From Auanema rhodensis (taxonomy: Eukaryota > Animalia > Nematoda): DNA of 64,000 bases. This document shows positions 12,401 to 27,400 of the stretch, piece by piece. Position numbers and translations under genes: made by a program. The DNA lies in assembly GCA_964057225.1 (NCBI GenBank), contig OZ059898.1, positions 10,974,001 to 11,038,000 of the forward strand, in the 5' to 3' direction. The first letter of the stretch is position 1. Each line of letters begins with the position of its first letter. The notes beneath the pieces are model-generated. The model saw nothing but the letters and a program-made list of their open reading frames with translations, was not told the origin of the DNA and made no database searches.

Positions 12401-15400
12401 ACATGTCATTCTGATCTAGTGAACTGAGGCGCTGCGGCCAGTTCGCAGTATTTTCAGTATTGCTGTGAAAACTGAATCATTTTTCTAATTTCAAACCAGC
12501 GCCTTAAATTTTTGGCTCAAAATATAGCTAATAACTGTTGTTATCATGTCATTCTGGCCGAGTGGTCTAAGGCGCTGCGTTCAGGTCGCAGTCCTCTCCG
12601 GAGGGCGCAGGTTCGAATCCTGCGGATGACAGTATCTTTTTGGAAACCAAATCACTTTTTTAATTTCAAACCAGCGCCTTAAAGTTTCAGCGATAACTGA
12701 AGCTCACAACTGTTTTTGCCATGTCATTCTGAACTAGTGAACTGAGGCGCTGCGCCCGTTCGCAGTATTATCAGTATTGCTTTGAAAACCGAATCATTTT
12801 TCTAATTTCAAACCAGCGCCTTAAATTTTTGGCTCAAAATATAGCTAATAACTGTTGTTATCATGTCATTCTGGCCGAGTGGTCTAAGGCGCTGCGTTCA
12901 GGTCGCAGTCCTCTCCGGAGGGCGCAGGTTCGAATCCTGCGGATGACAGTATCTTTTTGGAAACCAAATCACTTTTTTAATTTCAAACCAGCGCCTTAAA
13001 GTTTTGGCGGAAACTGAAGCTCACAACTGTGTTTGCCATGTCATTCTGATCTAGTGAACTGAGGCGCTGCGCCCGTTCGTAGTATTATCAGTATTGTTTT
13101 GAAAACCGAATCATCTTTCTAATTTCAAACCAGCGCCTTGAATTTTTGGCTCAAAATAAAGCTAATAACTGTTGTTATCATGTCATTCTGGCCGAGTGGT
13201 CTAAGGCGCTGCGTTCAGGTCGAAGTCTTCTCCGGAGGGCGCAGGTTCGAATCCTGCGGATGACAGTATCTTTTTGGAAACCAAATCACTTTTTTAATTT
13301 CAAACAAGCGTCTTATAGTTTCAGCGGAAACTGAAGCTCACAACTGTTTTTGCCATGTCATTCTGATCTAGTGAACTGAGGCGCTGCGCCCGTTTGCAGT
13401 ATTATCCGTATTGCTTTGAAAACCGAATCATTTTTCTAATTTCAAACCAGCGCCTTAAATTTTTGGCTCAAAATATAGCTAATAACTGTTGTTATCATGT
13501 CATTCTGGCCGAGTGGTCTAAGGCGCTGCGTTCAGGTCGCAGTCCTCTCCGGAGGGCGCAGGTTCGAATCCTGCGGATGACAGTATTTTTTTGGAAACCA
13601 AATCACTTTTTTAATTTCAAACAAGCGTCTTATAGTTTCAGCGGAAACTGAAGCTCACAACTGTTTTTGCCATGTCATTCTGATCTAGTGAACTGAGGCG
13701 CTGTGCCCGTTTGCAGTATTATCCGTATTGCTTTGAAAACCGAATCATCTTTCTAATTTCAAACCAGCGCCTTAAATGTTTGGCTCAAAATGAAGCTAAT
13801 AACTGTTGTTATCATGTCATTCTGGCCGAGTGGTCTAAGGCGCTGCGTTCAGGTCGCAGTCCTCTCCGGAGGGCGCAGGTTCGAATCCTGCGGATGACAG
13901 TATCTTTTTGGAAACCAAATCACTTTTTTAATTTCAAACCAGCGCCTTAAAGTTTTGGCGGAAACTGAAGCTCACAACTGTTTTTGCCATGTCATTCTGA
14001 TCTAGTGAACTGAGGCGCTGCGCCCGTTTGCAGTATTATCCGTATTGCTTTGAAAACCGAATCATCTTTCTAATTTCAAACCAGCGCCTTAAATTTTTGG
14101 CTCAAAATAAAGCTAATAACTGTAGTTATCATGTCATTCTGGCCGAGTGGTCTAAGGCGCTGCGTTCAGGTCGCAGTCCTCTCCGGAGGGCGCAGGTTCG
14201 AATCCTGCGGATGACAGTATTTTTTTGGAAACCAAATCACTTTTTTAATTTCAAACCAGCGCCTTAAAGTTTCGGCGGAAACTGAAGCTCACAACTGTTT
14301 TTGCCGTGTCATTCTGAACTAGTGAACTGAGGCGCTGCGGCCAGTTCGCAGTATTATCAGTATTGCTTTGAAAACTGAATCATTTTTCTAATTTCAAACC
14401 AGCGCCTTCAATGTTTGGCTCAAAATAAAGCTAATAACTGTAGTTATCATGTCATTCTGGCCGAGTGGTCTAAGGCGCTGCGTTCAGGTCGCAGTCCTCT
14501 CCGGAGGGCGCAGGTTCGAATCCTGCGAATGACAGTATCTTTTTGGAAACCAAATCACTTTTTTAATTTCAAACCAGCGCCTTAAAGTTTTGGCGGAAAC
14601 TGAAGCTCACAACTGTTTTTGCCATGTCATTCTGAACTAGTGAACTGAGGCGCTGCGCCCGTTCGTAGTATTATCAGTATTGTTTTGAAAACCGAATCAT
14701 CTTTCTAATTTCAAACCAGCGCCTTGAATTTTTGGCTCAAAATAAAGCTAATAACTGTTGTTATCATGTCATTCTGGCCGAGTGGTCTAAGGCGCTGCGT
14801 TCAGGTCGCAGTCCTCTCCGGAGGGCGCAGGTTCGAATCCTGCGGATGACAGTATCTTTTTGGAAACCAAATCACTTTTTTAATTTCAAACCAGCGCCTT
14901 AAAGTTTTGGCGGAAACTGAAGCTCACAACTGTTTTTGCCATGTCATTCTGATCTAGTGAACTGAGGCGCTGCGCCCGTTTGCAGTATTATCCGTATTGC
15001 TTTGAAAACCGAATCATCTTTCTAATTTCAAACCAGCGTCTTAAATTTTTGGCTCAAAATAAAGCTAATAACTGTAGTTATCATGTCATTCTGGCCGAGT
15101 GGTCTAAGGCGCTGCGTTCAGGTCGCAGTCCTCTCCGGAGGGCGCAGGTTCGAATCCTGCGGATGACAGTATCTTTTTGGAAACCAAATCACTTTTTTAA
15201 TTTCAAACAAGCGTCTTATAGTTTCAGCGGAAACTGAAGCTCACAACTGTTTTTGCCATGTCATTCTGATCTAGTGAACTGAGGCGCTGCGCCCGTTCGT
15301 AGTATTATCAGTATTGTTTTGAAAACCGAATCATCTTTCTAATTTCAAACCAGCGCCTTGAATTTTTGGCTCAAAATAAAGCTAATAACTGTTGTTATCA

Positions 15401-18400
15401 TGTCATTCTGGCCGAGTGGTCTAAGGCGCTGCGTTCAGGTCGAAGTCCTCTCCGGAGGGCGCAGGTTCGAATCCTGCGGATGACAGTATCTTTTTGGAAA
15501 CCAAAACACTTTTTTAATTTCAAACAAGCGTCTTATAGTTTCAGCGGAAACTGAAGCTCACAACTGTTTTTGCCATGTCATTCTGATCTAGTGAACTGAG
15601 GCGCTGCGCCCGTTTGCAGTATTATCCGTATTGCTTTGAAAACCGAATCATCTTTCTAATTTCAAACAAGCGCCTTAAATGTTTGGCTCAAAATGAAGCT
15701 AATAACTGTTGTTATCATGTCATTCTGGCCGAGTGGTCTAAGGCGCTGCGTTCAGGTCGCAGTCCTCTCCGGAGGGCGCAGGTTCGAATCCTGCGGATGA
15801 CAGTATCTTTTTGGAAACCAAATCACTTTTTTAATTTCAAACAAGCGCCTTAAAGTTTCAGCGATAACTGAAGCTCACAACTGTTTTTGCCATGTCATTC
15901 TGAACTAGTGAACTGAGGCGCTGCGCCCGTTCGCAGTATTATCAGTATTGCTTTGAAAACCGAATCATTTTTCTAATTTCAAACCAGCGCCTTAAATGTT
16001 TGGCTCAAAATAAAGCTAATAACTGTAGTTATCATGTCATTCTGGCCGAGTGGTCTAAGGCGCTGCGTTCAGGTCGCAGTCCTCTCCGGAGGGCGCAGGT
16101 TCGAATCCTGCGGATGACAGTATCTTTTTGGAAACCAAATCACTTTTTTAATTTTAAACAAGCGTCTTAAAGTTTCAGCGGAAACTGAAGCTCACAACTG
16201 TTTTTGCCATGTCATTCTGAACTAGTGAACTGAGGCGCTGCGGCCAGTTCGCAGTATTATCAGTATTGCTTTGAAAACCGAATCATCTTTCTAATTTCAA
16301 ACCAGCGCCTTAAATTTTTGGCTCAAAATAAAGCTAATAACTGTAGTTATCATGTCATTCTGGCCGAGTGGTCTAAGGCGCTGCGTTCAGGTCGCAGTCC
16401 TCTCCGGAGGGCGCAGGTTCGAATCCTGCGGATGACAGTATTTTTTTGGAAACCAAATCACTTTTTTAATTTCAAACAAGCGTCTTATAGTTTCAGCGGA
16501 AACTGAAGCTCACAACTGTTTTTGCCATGTCATTCTGATCTAGTGAACTGAGGCGCTGTGCCCGTTTGCAGTATTATCCGTATTGCTTTGAAAACCGAAT
16601 CATCTTTCTAATTTCAAACCAGCGCCTTAAATGTTTGGCTCAAAATGAAGCTAATAACTGTTGTTATCATGTCATTCTGGCCGAGTGGTCTAAGGCGCTG
16701 CGTTCAGGTCGCAGTCCTCTCCGGAGGGCGCAGGTTCGAATCCTGCGGATGACAGTATCTTTTTGGAAACCAAATCACTTTTTTAATTTCAAACCAGCGC
16801 CTTAAAGTTTTGGCGGAAACTGAAGCTCACAACTGTTTTTGCCATGTCATTCTGATCTAGTGAACTGAGGCGCTGCGCCCGTTTGCAGTATTATCCGTAT
16901 TGCTTTGAAAACCGAATCATCTTTCTAATTTCAAACCAGCGCCTTAAATTTTTGGCTCAAAATAAAGCTAATAACTGTAGTTATCATGTCATTCTGGCCG
17001 AGTGGTCTAAGGCGCTGCGTTCAGGTCGCAGTCCTCTCCGGAGGGCGCAGGTTCGAATCCTGCGAATGACAGTATCTTTTTGGAAACCAAATCACTTTTT
17101 TAATTTCAAACCAGCGCCTTAAAGTTTTGGCGGAAACTGAAGCTCACAACTGTTTTTGCCATGTCATTCTGAACTAGTGAACTGAGGCGCTGCGCCCGTT
17201 CGTAGTATTATCAGTATTGTTTTGAAAACCGAATCATCTTTCTAATTTCAAACCAGCGCCTTGAATTTTTGGCTCAAAATAAAGCTAATAACTGTTGTTA
17301 TCATGTCATTCTGGCCGAGTGGTCTAAGGCGCTGCGTTCAGGTCGCAGTCCTCTCCGGAGGGCGCAGGTTCGAATCCTGCGGATGACAGTATCTTTTTGG
17401 AAACCAAATCACTTTTTTAATTTCAAACCAGCGCCTTAAAGTTTTGGCGGAAACTGAAGCTCACAACTGTTTTTGCCATGTCATTCTGATCTAGTGAACT
17501 GAGGCGCTGCGCCCGTTTGCAGTATTATCCGTATTGCTTTGAAAACCGAATCATCTTTCTAATTTCAAACCAGCGCCTTAAATTTTTGGCTCAAAATAAA
17601 GCTAATAACTGTAGTTATCATGTCATTCTGGCCGAGTGGTCTAAGGCGCTGCGTTCAGGTCGCAGTCCTCTCCGGAGGGCGCAGGTTCGAATCCTGCGGA
17701 TGACAGTATCTTTTTGGAAACCAATTCACTTTTTTAATTTCAAACAAGCGTCTTATAGTTTCAGCGGAAACTGAAGCTCACAACTGTTTTTGCCATGTCA
17801 TTCTGATCTAGTGAACTGAGGCGCTGCGCCCGTTCGCAGTATTATCAGTATTGCTTTGAAAACCGAATCATTTTTCTAATTTCAAACCAGCGCCTTAAAT
17901 TTTTGGCTCAAAATATAGCTAATAACTGTTGTTATCATGTCATTCTGGCCGAGTGGTCTAAGGCGCTGCGTTCAGGTCGCAGTCCTCTCCGGAGGGCGCA
18001 GGTTCGAATCCTGCGGATGACAGTATCTTTTTGGAAACCAAATCACTTTTTTAATTTCAAACCAGCGCCTTAAAGTTTTGGCGGAAACTGAAGCTCACAA
18101 CTGTGTTTGCCATGTCATTCTGATCTAGTGAACTGAGGCGCTGCGGCCAGTTCGCAGTATTATCAGTATTGCTTTGAAAACCGAATCATCTTTCTAATTT
18201 CAAACCAGCGCCTTAAATTTTTGGCTCAAAATAAAGCTAATAACTGTAGTTATCATGTCATTCTGGCCGAGTGGTCTAAGGCGCTGCGTTCAGGTCGCTG
18301 TCCTCTCCGGAGGGCGCAGGTTCGAATCCTGCGGATGACAGTATCTTTTTGGAAACCAAATCACTTTTTTAATTTTAAACAAGCGTCTTAAAGTTTCAGC

Positions 18401-21400
18401 GGAAACTGAAGCTCACAACTGTTTTTGCCATGTCATTCTGAACTAGTGAACTGAGGCGCTGCGGCCAGTTCGCAGTATTATCAGTATTGCTTTGAAAACT
18501 GAATCATTTTTCTAATTTCAAACCAGCGCCTTAAATGTTTGGCTCAAAATGAAGCTAATAACTGTAGTTATCATGTCATTCTGGCCGAGTGGTCTAAGGC
18601 GCTGCGTTCAGGTCGCAGTCCTCTCCGGAGGGCGCAGGTTCGAATCCTGCGGATGACAGTATTTTTTTGGAAACCAAATCACTTTTTTAATTTCAAACAA
18701 GCGTCTTATAGTTTCAGCGGAAACTGAAGCTCACAACTGTTTTTGCCATGTCATTCTGATCTAGTGAACTGAGGCGCTGTGCCCGTTTGCAGTATTATCC
18801 GTATTGCTTTGAAAACCGAATCATCTTTCTAATTTCAAACCAGCGCCTTAAATGTTTGGCTCAAAATGAAGCTAATAACTGTTGTTATCATGTCATTCTG
18901 GCCGAGTGGTCTAAGGCGCTGCGTTCAGGTCGCAGTCCTCTCCGGATTGCGCAGGTTCGAATCCTGCGGATGACAGTATCTTTTTGGAAACCAAATCACT
19001 TTTTTAATTTCAAACCAGCGCCTTAAAGTTTTGGCGGAAACTGAAGCTCACAACTGTTTTTGCCATGTCATTCTGATCTAGTGAACTGAGGCGCTGCGCC
19101 CGTTTGCAGTATTATCCGTATTGCTTTGAAAACCGAATCATCTTTCTAATTTCAAACCAGCGCCTTAAATTTTTGGCTCAAAATAAAGCTAATAACTGTA
19201 GTTATCATGTCATTCTGGCCGAGTGGTCTAAGGCGCTGCGTTCAGGTCGCAGTCCTCTCCGGAGGGCGCAGGTTCGAATCCTGCGGATGACAGTATCTTT
19301 TTGGAAACCAATTCACTTTTTTAATTTCAAACAAGCGTCTTATAGTTTCAGCGGAAACTGAAGCTCACAACTGTTTTTGCCATGTCATTCTGATCTAGTG
19401 AACTGAGGCGCTGCGCCCGTTCGCAGTATTATCAGTATTGCTTTGAAAACCGAATCATTTTTCTAATTTCAAACCAGCGCCTTAAATTTTTGGCTCAAAA
19501 TATAGCTAATAACTGTTGTTATCATGTCATTCTGGCCGAGTGGTCTAAGGCGCTGCGTTCAGGTCGCAGTCCTCTCCGGAGGGCGCAGGTTCGAATCCTG
19601 CGGATGACAGTATCTTTTTGGAAACCAAATCACTTTTTTAATTTCAAACCAGCGCCTTAAAGTTTTGGCGGAAACTGAAGCTCACAACTGTGTTTGCCAT
19701 GTCATTCTGATCTAGTGAACTGAGGCGCTGCGGCCAGTTCGCAGTATTATCAGTATTGCTTTGAAAACCGAATCATCTTTCTAATTTCAAACCAGCGCCT
19801 TAAATTTTTGGCTCAAAATAAAGCTAATAACTGTAGTTATCATGTCATTCTGGCCGAGTGGTCTAAGGCGCTGCGTTCAGGTCGCTGTCCTCTCCGGAGG
19901 GCGCAGGTTCGAATCCTGCGGATGACAGTATCTTTTTGGAAACCAAATCACTTTTTTAATTTTAAACAAGCGTCTTAAAGTTTCAGCGGAAACTGAAGCT
20001 CACAACTGTTTTTGCCATGTCATTCTGAACTAGTGAACTGAGGCGCTGCGGCCAGTTCGCAGTATTATCAGTATTGCTTTGAAAACTGAATCATTTTTCT
20101 AATTTCAAACCAGCGCCTTAAATGTTTGGCTCAAAATGAAGCTAATAACTGTAGTTATCATGTCATTCTGGCCGAGTGGTCTAAGGCGCTGCGTTCAGGT
20201 CGCAGTCCTCTCCGGAGGGCGCAGGTTCGAATCCTGCGGATGACAGTATTTTTTTGGAAACCAAATCACTTTTTTAATTTCAAACAAGCGTCTTATAGTT
20301 TCAGCGGAAACTGAAGCTCACAACTGTTTTTGCCATGTCATTCTGATCTAGTGAACTGAGGCGCTGTGCCCGTTTGCAGTATTATCCGTATTGCTTTGAA
20401 AACCGAATCATCTTTCTAATTTCAAACCAGCGCCTTAAATGTTTGGCTCAAAATGAAGCTAATAACTGTTGTTATCATGTCATTCTGGCCGAGTGGTCTA
20501 AGGCGCTGCGTTCAGGTCGCAGTCCTCTCCGGATTGCGCAGGTTCGAATCCTGCGGATGACAGTATCTTTTTGGAAACCAAATCACTTTTTTAATTTCAA
20601 ACCAGCGCCTTAAAGTTTTGGCGGAAACTGAAGCTCACAACTGTGTTTGCCATGTCATTCTGATCTAGTGAACTGAGGCGCTGCGGCCAGTTCGCAGTAT
20701 TATCAGTATTGCTTTGAAAACCGAATCATCTTTCTAATTTCAAACCAGCGCCTTAAATTTTTGGCTCAAAATAAAGCTAATAACTGTAGTTATCATGTCA
20801 TTCTGGCCGAGTGGTCTAAGGCGCTGCGTTCAGGTCGCAGTCCTCTCCGGAGGGCGCAGGTTCGAATCCTGCGAATGACAGTATCTTTTTGGAAACCAAA
20901 TCACTTTTTTAATTTCAAAGCAGCGCCTTAAAGTTTCGGCGGAAAGTGAAGCTCACAACTGTTTTTGACATGTCATTCTGATCTAGTGAACTGAGGCGCT
21001 GCGGCCAGTTCGCAGTATTTTCAGTATTGCTGTGAAAACTGAATCATTTTTCTAATTTCAAACCAGCGCCTTAAATTTTTGGCTCAAAATATAGCTAATA
21101 ACTGTTGTTATTATGTCATTCTGGCCGAGTGGTCTAAGGCGCTGCGTTCAGGTCGCAGTCCTCTCCGGAGGGCGCAGGTTCGAATCCTGCGGATGACAGT
21201 ATCTTTTTGGAAACCAAATCACTTTTTTAATTTCAAACCAGCGCCTTAAAGTTTCAGCGATAACTGAAGCTCACAACTGTTTTTGCCATGTCATTCTGAA
21301 CTAGTGAACTGAGGCGCTGCGCCCGTTCGCAGTATTATCAGTATTGCTTTGAAAACCGAATCATTTTTCTAATTTCAAACCAGCGCCTTAAATTTTTGGC

Positions 21401-24400
21401 TCAAAATATAGCTAATAACTGTTGTTATCATGTCATTCTGGCCGAGTGGTCTAAGGCGCTGCGTTCAGGTCGCAGTCCTCTCCGGAGGGCGCAGGTTCGA
21501 ATCCTGCGGATGACAGTATCTTTTTGGAAACCAAATCACTTTTTTAATTTCAAACCAGCGCCTTAAAGTTTTGGCGGAAACTGAAGCTCACAACTGTGTT
21601 TGCCATGTCATTCTGATCTAGTGAACTGAGGCGCTGCGCCCGTTCGCAGTATTATCAGTATTGCTTTGAAAACCGAATCATTTTTCTAATTTCAAACCAG
21701 CGCCTTAAATTTTTGGCTCAAAATAAAGCTAATAACTGTAGTTATCATGTCATTCTGGCCGAGTGGTCTAAGGCGCTGCGTTCAGGTCGCAGTCCTCTCC
21801 GGAGGGCGCAGGTTCGAATCCTGCGGATGACAGTATCTTTTTGGAAACCAAATCACTTTTTTAATTTCAAACCAGCGCCTAAAAGTTTTGGCGGAAACTG
21901 AAGCTCACAACTGTTTTTGCCATGTCATTCTGAACTAGTGAACTGAGGCGCTGCGCCCGTTCGTAGTATTATCAGTATTGTTTTGAAAACCGAATCATCT
22001 TTCTAATTTCAAACCAGCGCCTTGAATTTTTGGCTCAAAATAAAGCTAATAACTGTTGTTATCATGTCATTCTGGCCGAGTGGTCTAAGGCGCTGCGTTC
22101 AGGTCGCAGTCCTCTCCGGATTGCGCAGGTTCGAATCCTGCGGATGACAGTATCTTTTTGGAAACCAAATCACTTTTTTAATTTCAAACCAGCGCCTTAA
22201 AGTTTTGGCGGAAACTGAAGCTCACAACTGTGTTTGCCATGTCATTCTGATCTAGTGAACTGAGGCGCTGCGGCCAGTTCGCAGTATTATCAGTATTGCT
22301 TTGAAAACCGAATCATCTTTCTAATTTCAAACCAGCGCCTTAAATTTTTGGCTCAAAATAAAGCTAATAACTGTAGTTATCATGTCATTCTGGCCGAGTG
22401 GTCTAAGGCGCTGCGTTCAGGTCGCAGTCCTCTCCGGAGGGCGCAGGTTCGAATCCTGCGGATGACAGTATCTTTTTGGAAACCAAATCACTTTTTTAAT
22501 TTCAAACCAGCGCCTTAAAGTTTCAGCGATAACTGAAGCTCACAACTGTTTTTGCCATGTCATTCTGAACTAGTGAACTGAGGCGCTGCGCCAGTTCGCA
22601 GTATTATCAGTATTGCTTTGAAAACTGAATCATTTTTCTAATTTCAAACCAGCGCCTTAAATGTTTGGCTCAAAATGAAGCTAATAACTGTTGTTATCAT
22701 GTCATTCTGGCCGAGTGGTCTAAGGCGCTGCGTTCAGGTCGCAGTCCTCTCCGGATTGCGCAGGTTCGAATCCTGCGGATGACAGTATCTTTTTGGAAAC
22801 CAAATCACTTTTTTAATTTCAAACCAGCGCCTTAAAGTTTTGGCGGAAACTGAAGCTCACAACTGTGTTTGCCATGTCATTCTGATCTAGTGAACTGAGG
22901 CGCTGCGGCCAGTTCGCAGTATTATCAGTATTGCTTTGAAAACCGAATCATCTTTCTAATTTCAAACCAGCGCCTTAAATTTTTGGCTCAAAATAAAGCT
23001 AATAACTGTAGTTATCATGTCATTCTGGCCGAGTGGTCTAAGGCGCTGCGTTCAGGTCGCAGTCCTCTCCGGAGGGCGCAGGTTCGAATCCTGCGAATGA
23101 CAGTATCTTTTTGGAAACCAAATCACTTTTTTAATTTCAAAGCAGCGCCTTAAAGTTTCGGCGGAAAGTGAAGCTCACAACTGTTTTTGACATGTCATTC
23201 TGATCTAGTGAACTGAGGCGCTGCGGCCAGTTCGCAGTATTTTCAGTATTGCTGTGAAAACTGAATCATTTTTCTAATTTCAAACCAGCGCCTTAAATTT
23301 TTGGCTCAAAATATAGCTAATAACTGTTGTTATTATGTCATTCTGGCCGAGTGGTCTAAGGCGCTGCGTTCAGGTCGCAGTCCTCTCCGGAGGGCGCAGG
23401 TTCGAATCCTGCGGATGACAGTATCTTTTTGGAAACCAATCACTTTTTTAATTTCAAACCAGCGCCTTAAAGTTTCAGCGATAACTGAAGCTCACAACTG
23501 TTTTTGCCATGTCATTCTGAACTAGTGAACTGAGGCGCTGCGCCCGTTCGCAGTATTATCAGTATTGCTTTGAAAACCGAATCATTTTTCTAATTTCAAA
23601 CCAGCGCCTTAAATTTTTGGCTCAAAATATAGCTAATAACTGTTGTTATCATGTCATTCTGGCCGAGTGGTCTAAGGCGCTGCGTTCAGGTCGCAGTCCT
23701 CTCCGGAGGGCGCAGGTTCGAATCCTGCGGATGACAGTATCTTTTTGGAAACCAAATCACTTTTTTAATTTCAAACCAGCGCCTTAAAGTTTTGGCGGAA
23801 ACTGAAGCTCACAACTGTGTTTGCCATGTCATTCTGATCTAGTGAACTGAGGCGCTGCGCCCGTTCGCAGTATTATCAGTATTGCTTTGAAAACCGAATC
23901 ATTTTTCTAATTTCAAACCAGCGCCTTAAATTTTTGGCTCAAAATAAAGCTAATAACTGTAGTTATCATGTCATTCTGGCCGAGTGGTCTAAGGCGCTGC
24001 GTTCAGGTCGCAGTCCTCTCCGGAGGGCGCAGGTTCGAATCCTGCGGATGACAGTATCTTTTTGGAAACCAAATCACTTTTTTAATTTCAAACCAGCGCC
24101 TAAAAGTTTTGGCGGAAACTGAAGCTCACAACTGTTTTTGCCATGTCATTCTGACTAGTGAACTGAGGCGCTGCGCCCGTTCGTAGTATTATCAGTATTG
24201 TTTTGAAAACCGAATCATCTTTCTAATTTCAAACCAGCGCCTTGAATTTTTGGCTCAAAATAAAGCTAATAACTGTTGTTATCATGTCATTCTGGCCGAG
24301 TGGTCTAAGGCGCTGCGTTCAGGTCGAAGTCCTCTCCGGAGGGCGCAGGTTCGAATAATGCGGATGACAGTATCTTTTTGGAAACCAAATCACTTTTTTA

Positions 24401-27400
24401 ATTTCAAACAAGCGTCTTATAGTTTCAGCGGAAACTGAAGCTCACAACTGTTTTTGCCATGTCATTCTGATCTAGTGAACTGAGGCGCTGCGCCCGTTTG
24501 CAGTATTATCCGTATTGCTTTGAAAACCGAATCATCTTTCTAATTTCAAACAAGCGCCTTAAATGTTTGGCTCAAAATGAAGCTAATAACTGTTGTTATC
24601 ATGTCTTTCTGGCCGAGTGGTCTAAGGCGCTGCGTTCAGGTCGCAGTCCTCTCCGGAGGGCGCAGGTTCGAATCCTGCGGATGACAGTATCTTTTTAGAA
24701 ACCAAATCACTTTTTTAATTTCAAACAAGCGCCTTAAAGTTTCAGCGATAACTGAAGCTCACAACTGTTTTTGCCATGTCATTCTGAACTAGTGAACTGA
24801 GGCGCTGCGCCCGTTCGCAGTATTATCAGCATTGCTTTGAAAACCGAATCATTTTTCTAATTTCAAACCAGCGCCTTAAATGTTTGGCTCAAAATAAAGC
24901 TAATAACTGTAGTTATCATGTCATTCTGGCCGAGTGGTCTAAGGCGCTGCGTTCAGGTCGCAGTCCTCTCCGGAGGGCGCAGGTTCGAATCCTGCGGATG
25001 ACAGTATCTTTTTGGAAACCAAATCACTTTTTTAATTTCAAACCAGCGCCTTAAAGTTTTGGCGGAAACTGAAGCTCACAACTGTTTTTGCCATGTCATT
25101 CTGATCTAGTGAACTGAGGCGCTGCGCCCGTTTGCAGTATTATCCGTATTGCTTTGAAAACCGAATCATCTTTCTAATTTCAAACCAGCGCCTTAAATTT
25201 TTGGCTCAAAATAAAGCTAATAACTGTAGTTATCATGTCATTCTGGCCGAGTGGTCTAAGGCGCTGCGTTCAGGTCGCAGTCCTCTCCGGAGGGCGCAGG
25301 TTCGAATCCTGCGAATGACAGTATCTTTTTGGAAACCAAATCACTTTTTTAATTTCAAACCAGCGCCTTAAAGTTTTGGCGGAAACTGAAGCTCACAACT
25401 GTTTTTGCCGTGTCATTCTGAACTAGTGAACTGAGGCGCTGCGGCCAGTTCGCAGTATTATCAGTATTGCTTTGAAAACTGAATCATTTTTCTAATTTCA
25501 AACCAGCGCCTTCAATGTTTGGCTCAAAATAAAGCTAATAACTGTAGTTATCATGTCATTCTGGCCGAGTGGTCTAAGGCGCTGCGTTCAGGTCGCAGTC
25601 CTCTCCGGAGGGCGCAGGTTCGAATCCTGCGAATGACAGTATCTTTTTGGAAACCAAATCACTTTTTTAATTTCAAACCAGCGCCTTAAAGTTTTGGCGG
25701 AAACTGAAGCTCACAACTGTTTTTGCCGTGTCATTCTGAACTAGTGAACTGAGGCGCTGCGGCCAGTTCGCAGTATTATCAGTATTGCTTTGAAAACTGA
25801 ATCATTTTTCTAATTTCAAACCAGCGCCTTCAATGTTTGGCTCAAAATAAAGCTAATAACTGTAGTTATCATGTCATTCTGGCCGAGTGGTCTAAGGCGC
25901 TGCGTTCAGGTCGCAGTCCTCTCCGGAGGGCGCAGGTTCGAATCCTGCGAATGACAGTATCTTTTTGGAAACCAAATCACTTTTTTAATTTCAAACCAGC
26001 GCCTTAAAGTTTTGGCGGAAACTGAAGCTCACAACTGTTTTTGCCATGTCATTCTGAACTAGTGAACTGAGGCGCTGCGCCCGTTCGTAGTATTATCAGT
26101 ATTGTTTTGAAAACCGAATCATCTTTCTAATTTCAAACCAGCGCCTTGAATTTTTGGCTCAAAATAAAGCTAATAACTGTTGTTATCATGTCATTCTGGC
26201 CGAGTGGTCTAAGGCGCTGCGTTCAGGTCGCAGTCCTCTCCGGAGGGCGCAGGTTCGAATCCTGCGGATGACAGTATCTTTTTGGAAACCAAATCACTTT
26301 TTAATTTCAAACCAGCGCCTTAAAGTTTTGGCGGAAACTGAAGCTCACAACTGTTTTTGCCATGTCATTCTGATCTAGTGAACTGAGGCGCTGCGCCCGT
26401 TTGCAGTATTATCCGTATTGCTTTGAAAACCGAATCATCTTTCTAATTTCAAACCAGCGCCTTAAATTTTTGGCTCAAAATAAAGCTAATAACTGTAGTT
26501 ATCATGTCATTCTGGCCGAGTGGTCTAAGGCGCTGCGTTCAGGTCGCAGTCCTCTCCGGAGGGCGCAGGTTCGAATCCTGCGGATGACAGTATCTTTTTG
26601 GAAACCAATTCACTTTTTTAATTTCAAACAAGCGCCTTAAAGTTTCAGCGATAACTGAAGCTCACAACTGTTTTTGCCATGTCATTCTGAACTAGTGAAC
26701 TGAGGCGCTGCGCCCGTTCGCAGTATTATCAGTATTGCTTTGAAAACCGAATCATTTTTCTAATTTCAAACCAGCGCCTTAAATGTTTGGCTCAAAATAA
26801 AGCTAATAACTGTAGTTATCATGTCATTCTGGCCGAGTGGTCTAAGGCGCTGCGTTCAGGTCGCAGTCCTCTCCGGAGGGCGCAGGTTCGAATCCTGCGG
26901 ATGACAGTATCTTTTTGGAAACCAAATCACTTTTTTAATTTTAAACAAGCGTCTTAAAGTTTCAGCGGAAACTGAAGCTCACAACTGTTTTTGCCATGTC
27001 ATTCTGAACTAGTGAACTGAGGCGCTGCGGCCAGTTCGCAGTATTATCAGTATTGCTTTGAAAACTGAATCATTTTTCTAATTTCAAACCAGCGCCTTAA
27101 ATGTTTGGCTCAAAATAAAGCTAATAACTGTAGTTATCATGTCATTCTGGCCGAGTGGTCTAAGGCGCTGCGTTCAGGTCGCAGTCCTCTCCGGAGGGCG
27201 CAGGTTCGAATCCTGCGGATGACAGTATTTTTTTGGAAACCAAATCACTTTTTTAATTTCAAACAAGCGTCTTATAGTTTCAGCGGAAACTGAAGCTCAC
27301 AACTGTTTTTGCCATGTCATTCTGATCTAGTGAACTGAGGCGCTGTGCCCGTTTGCAGTATTATCCGTATTGCTTTGAAAACCGAATCATCTTTCTAATT

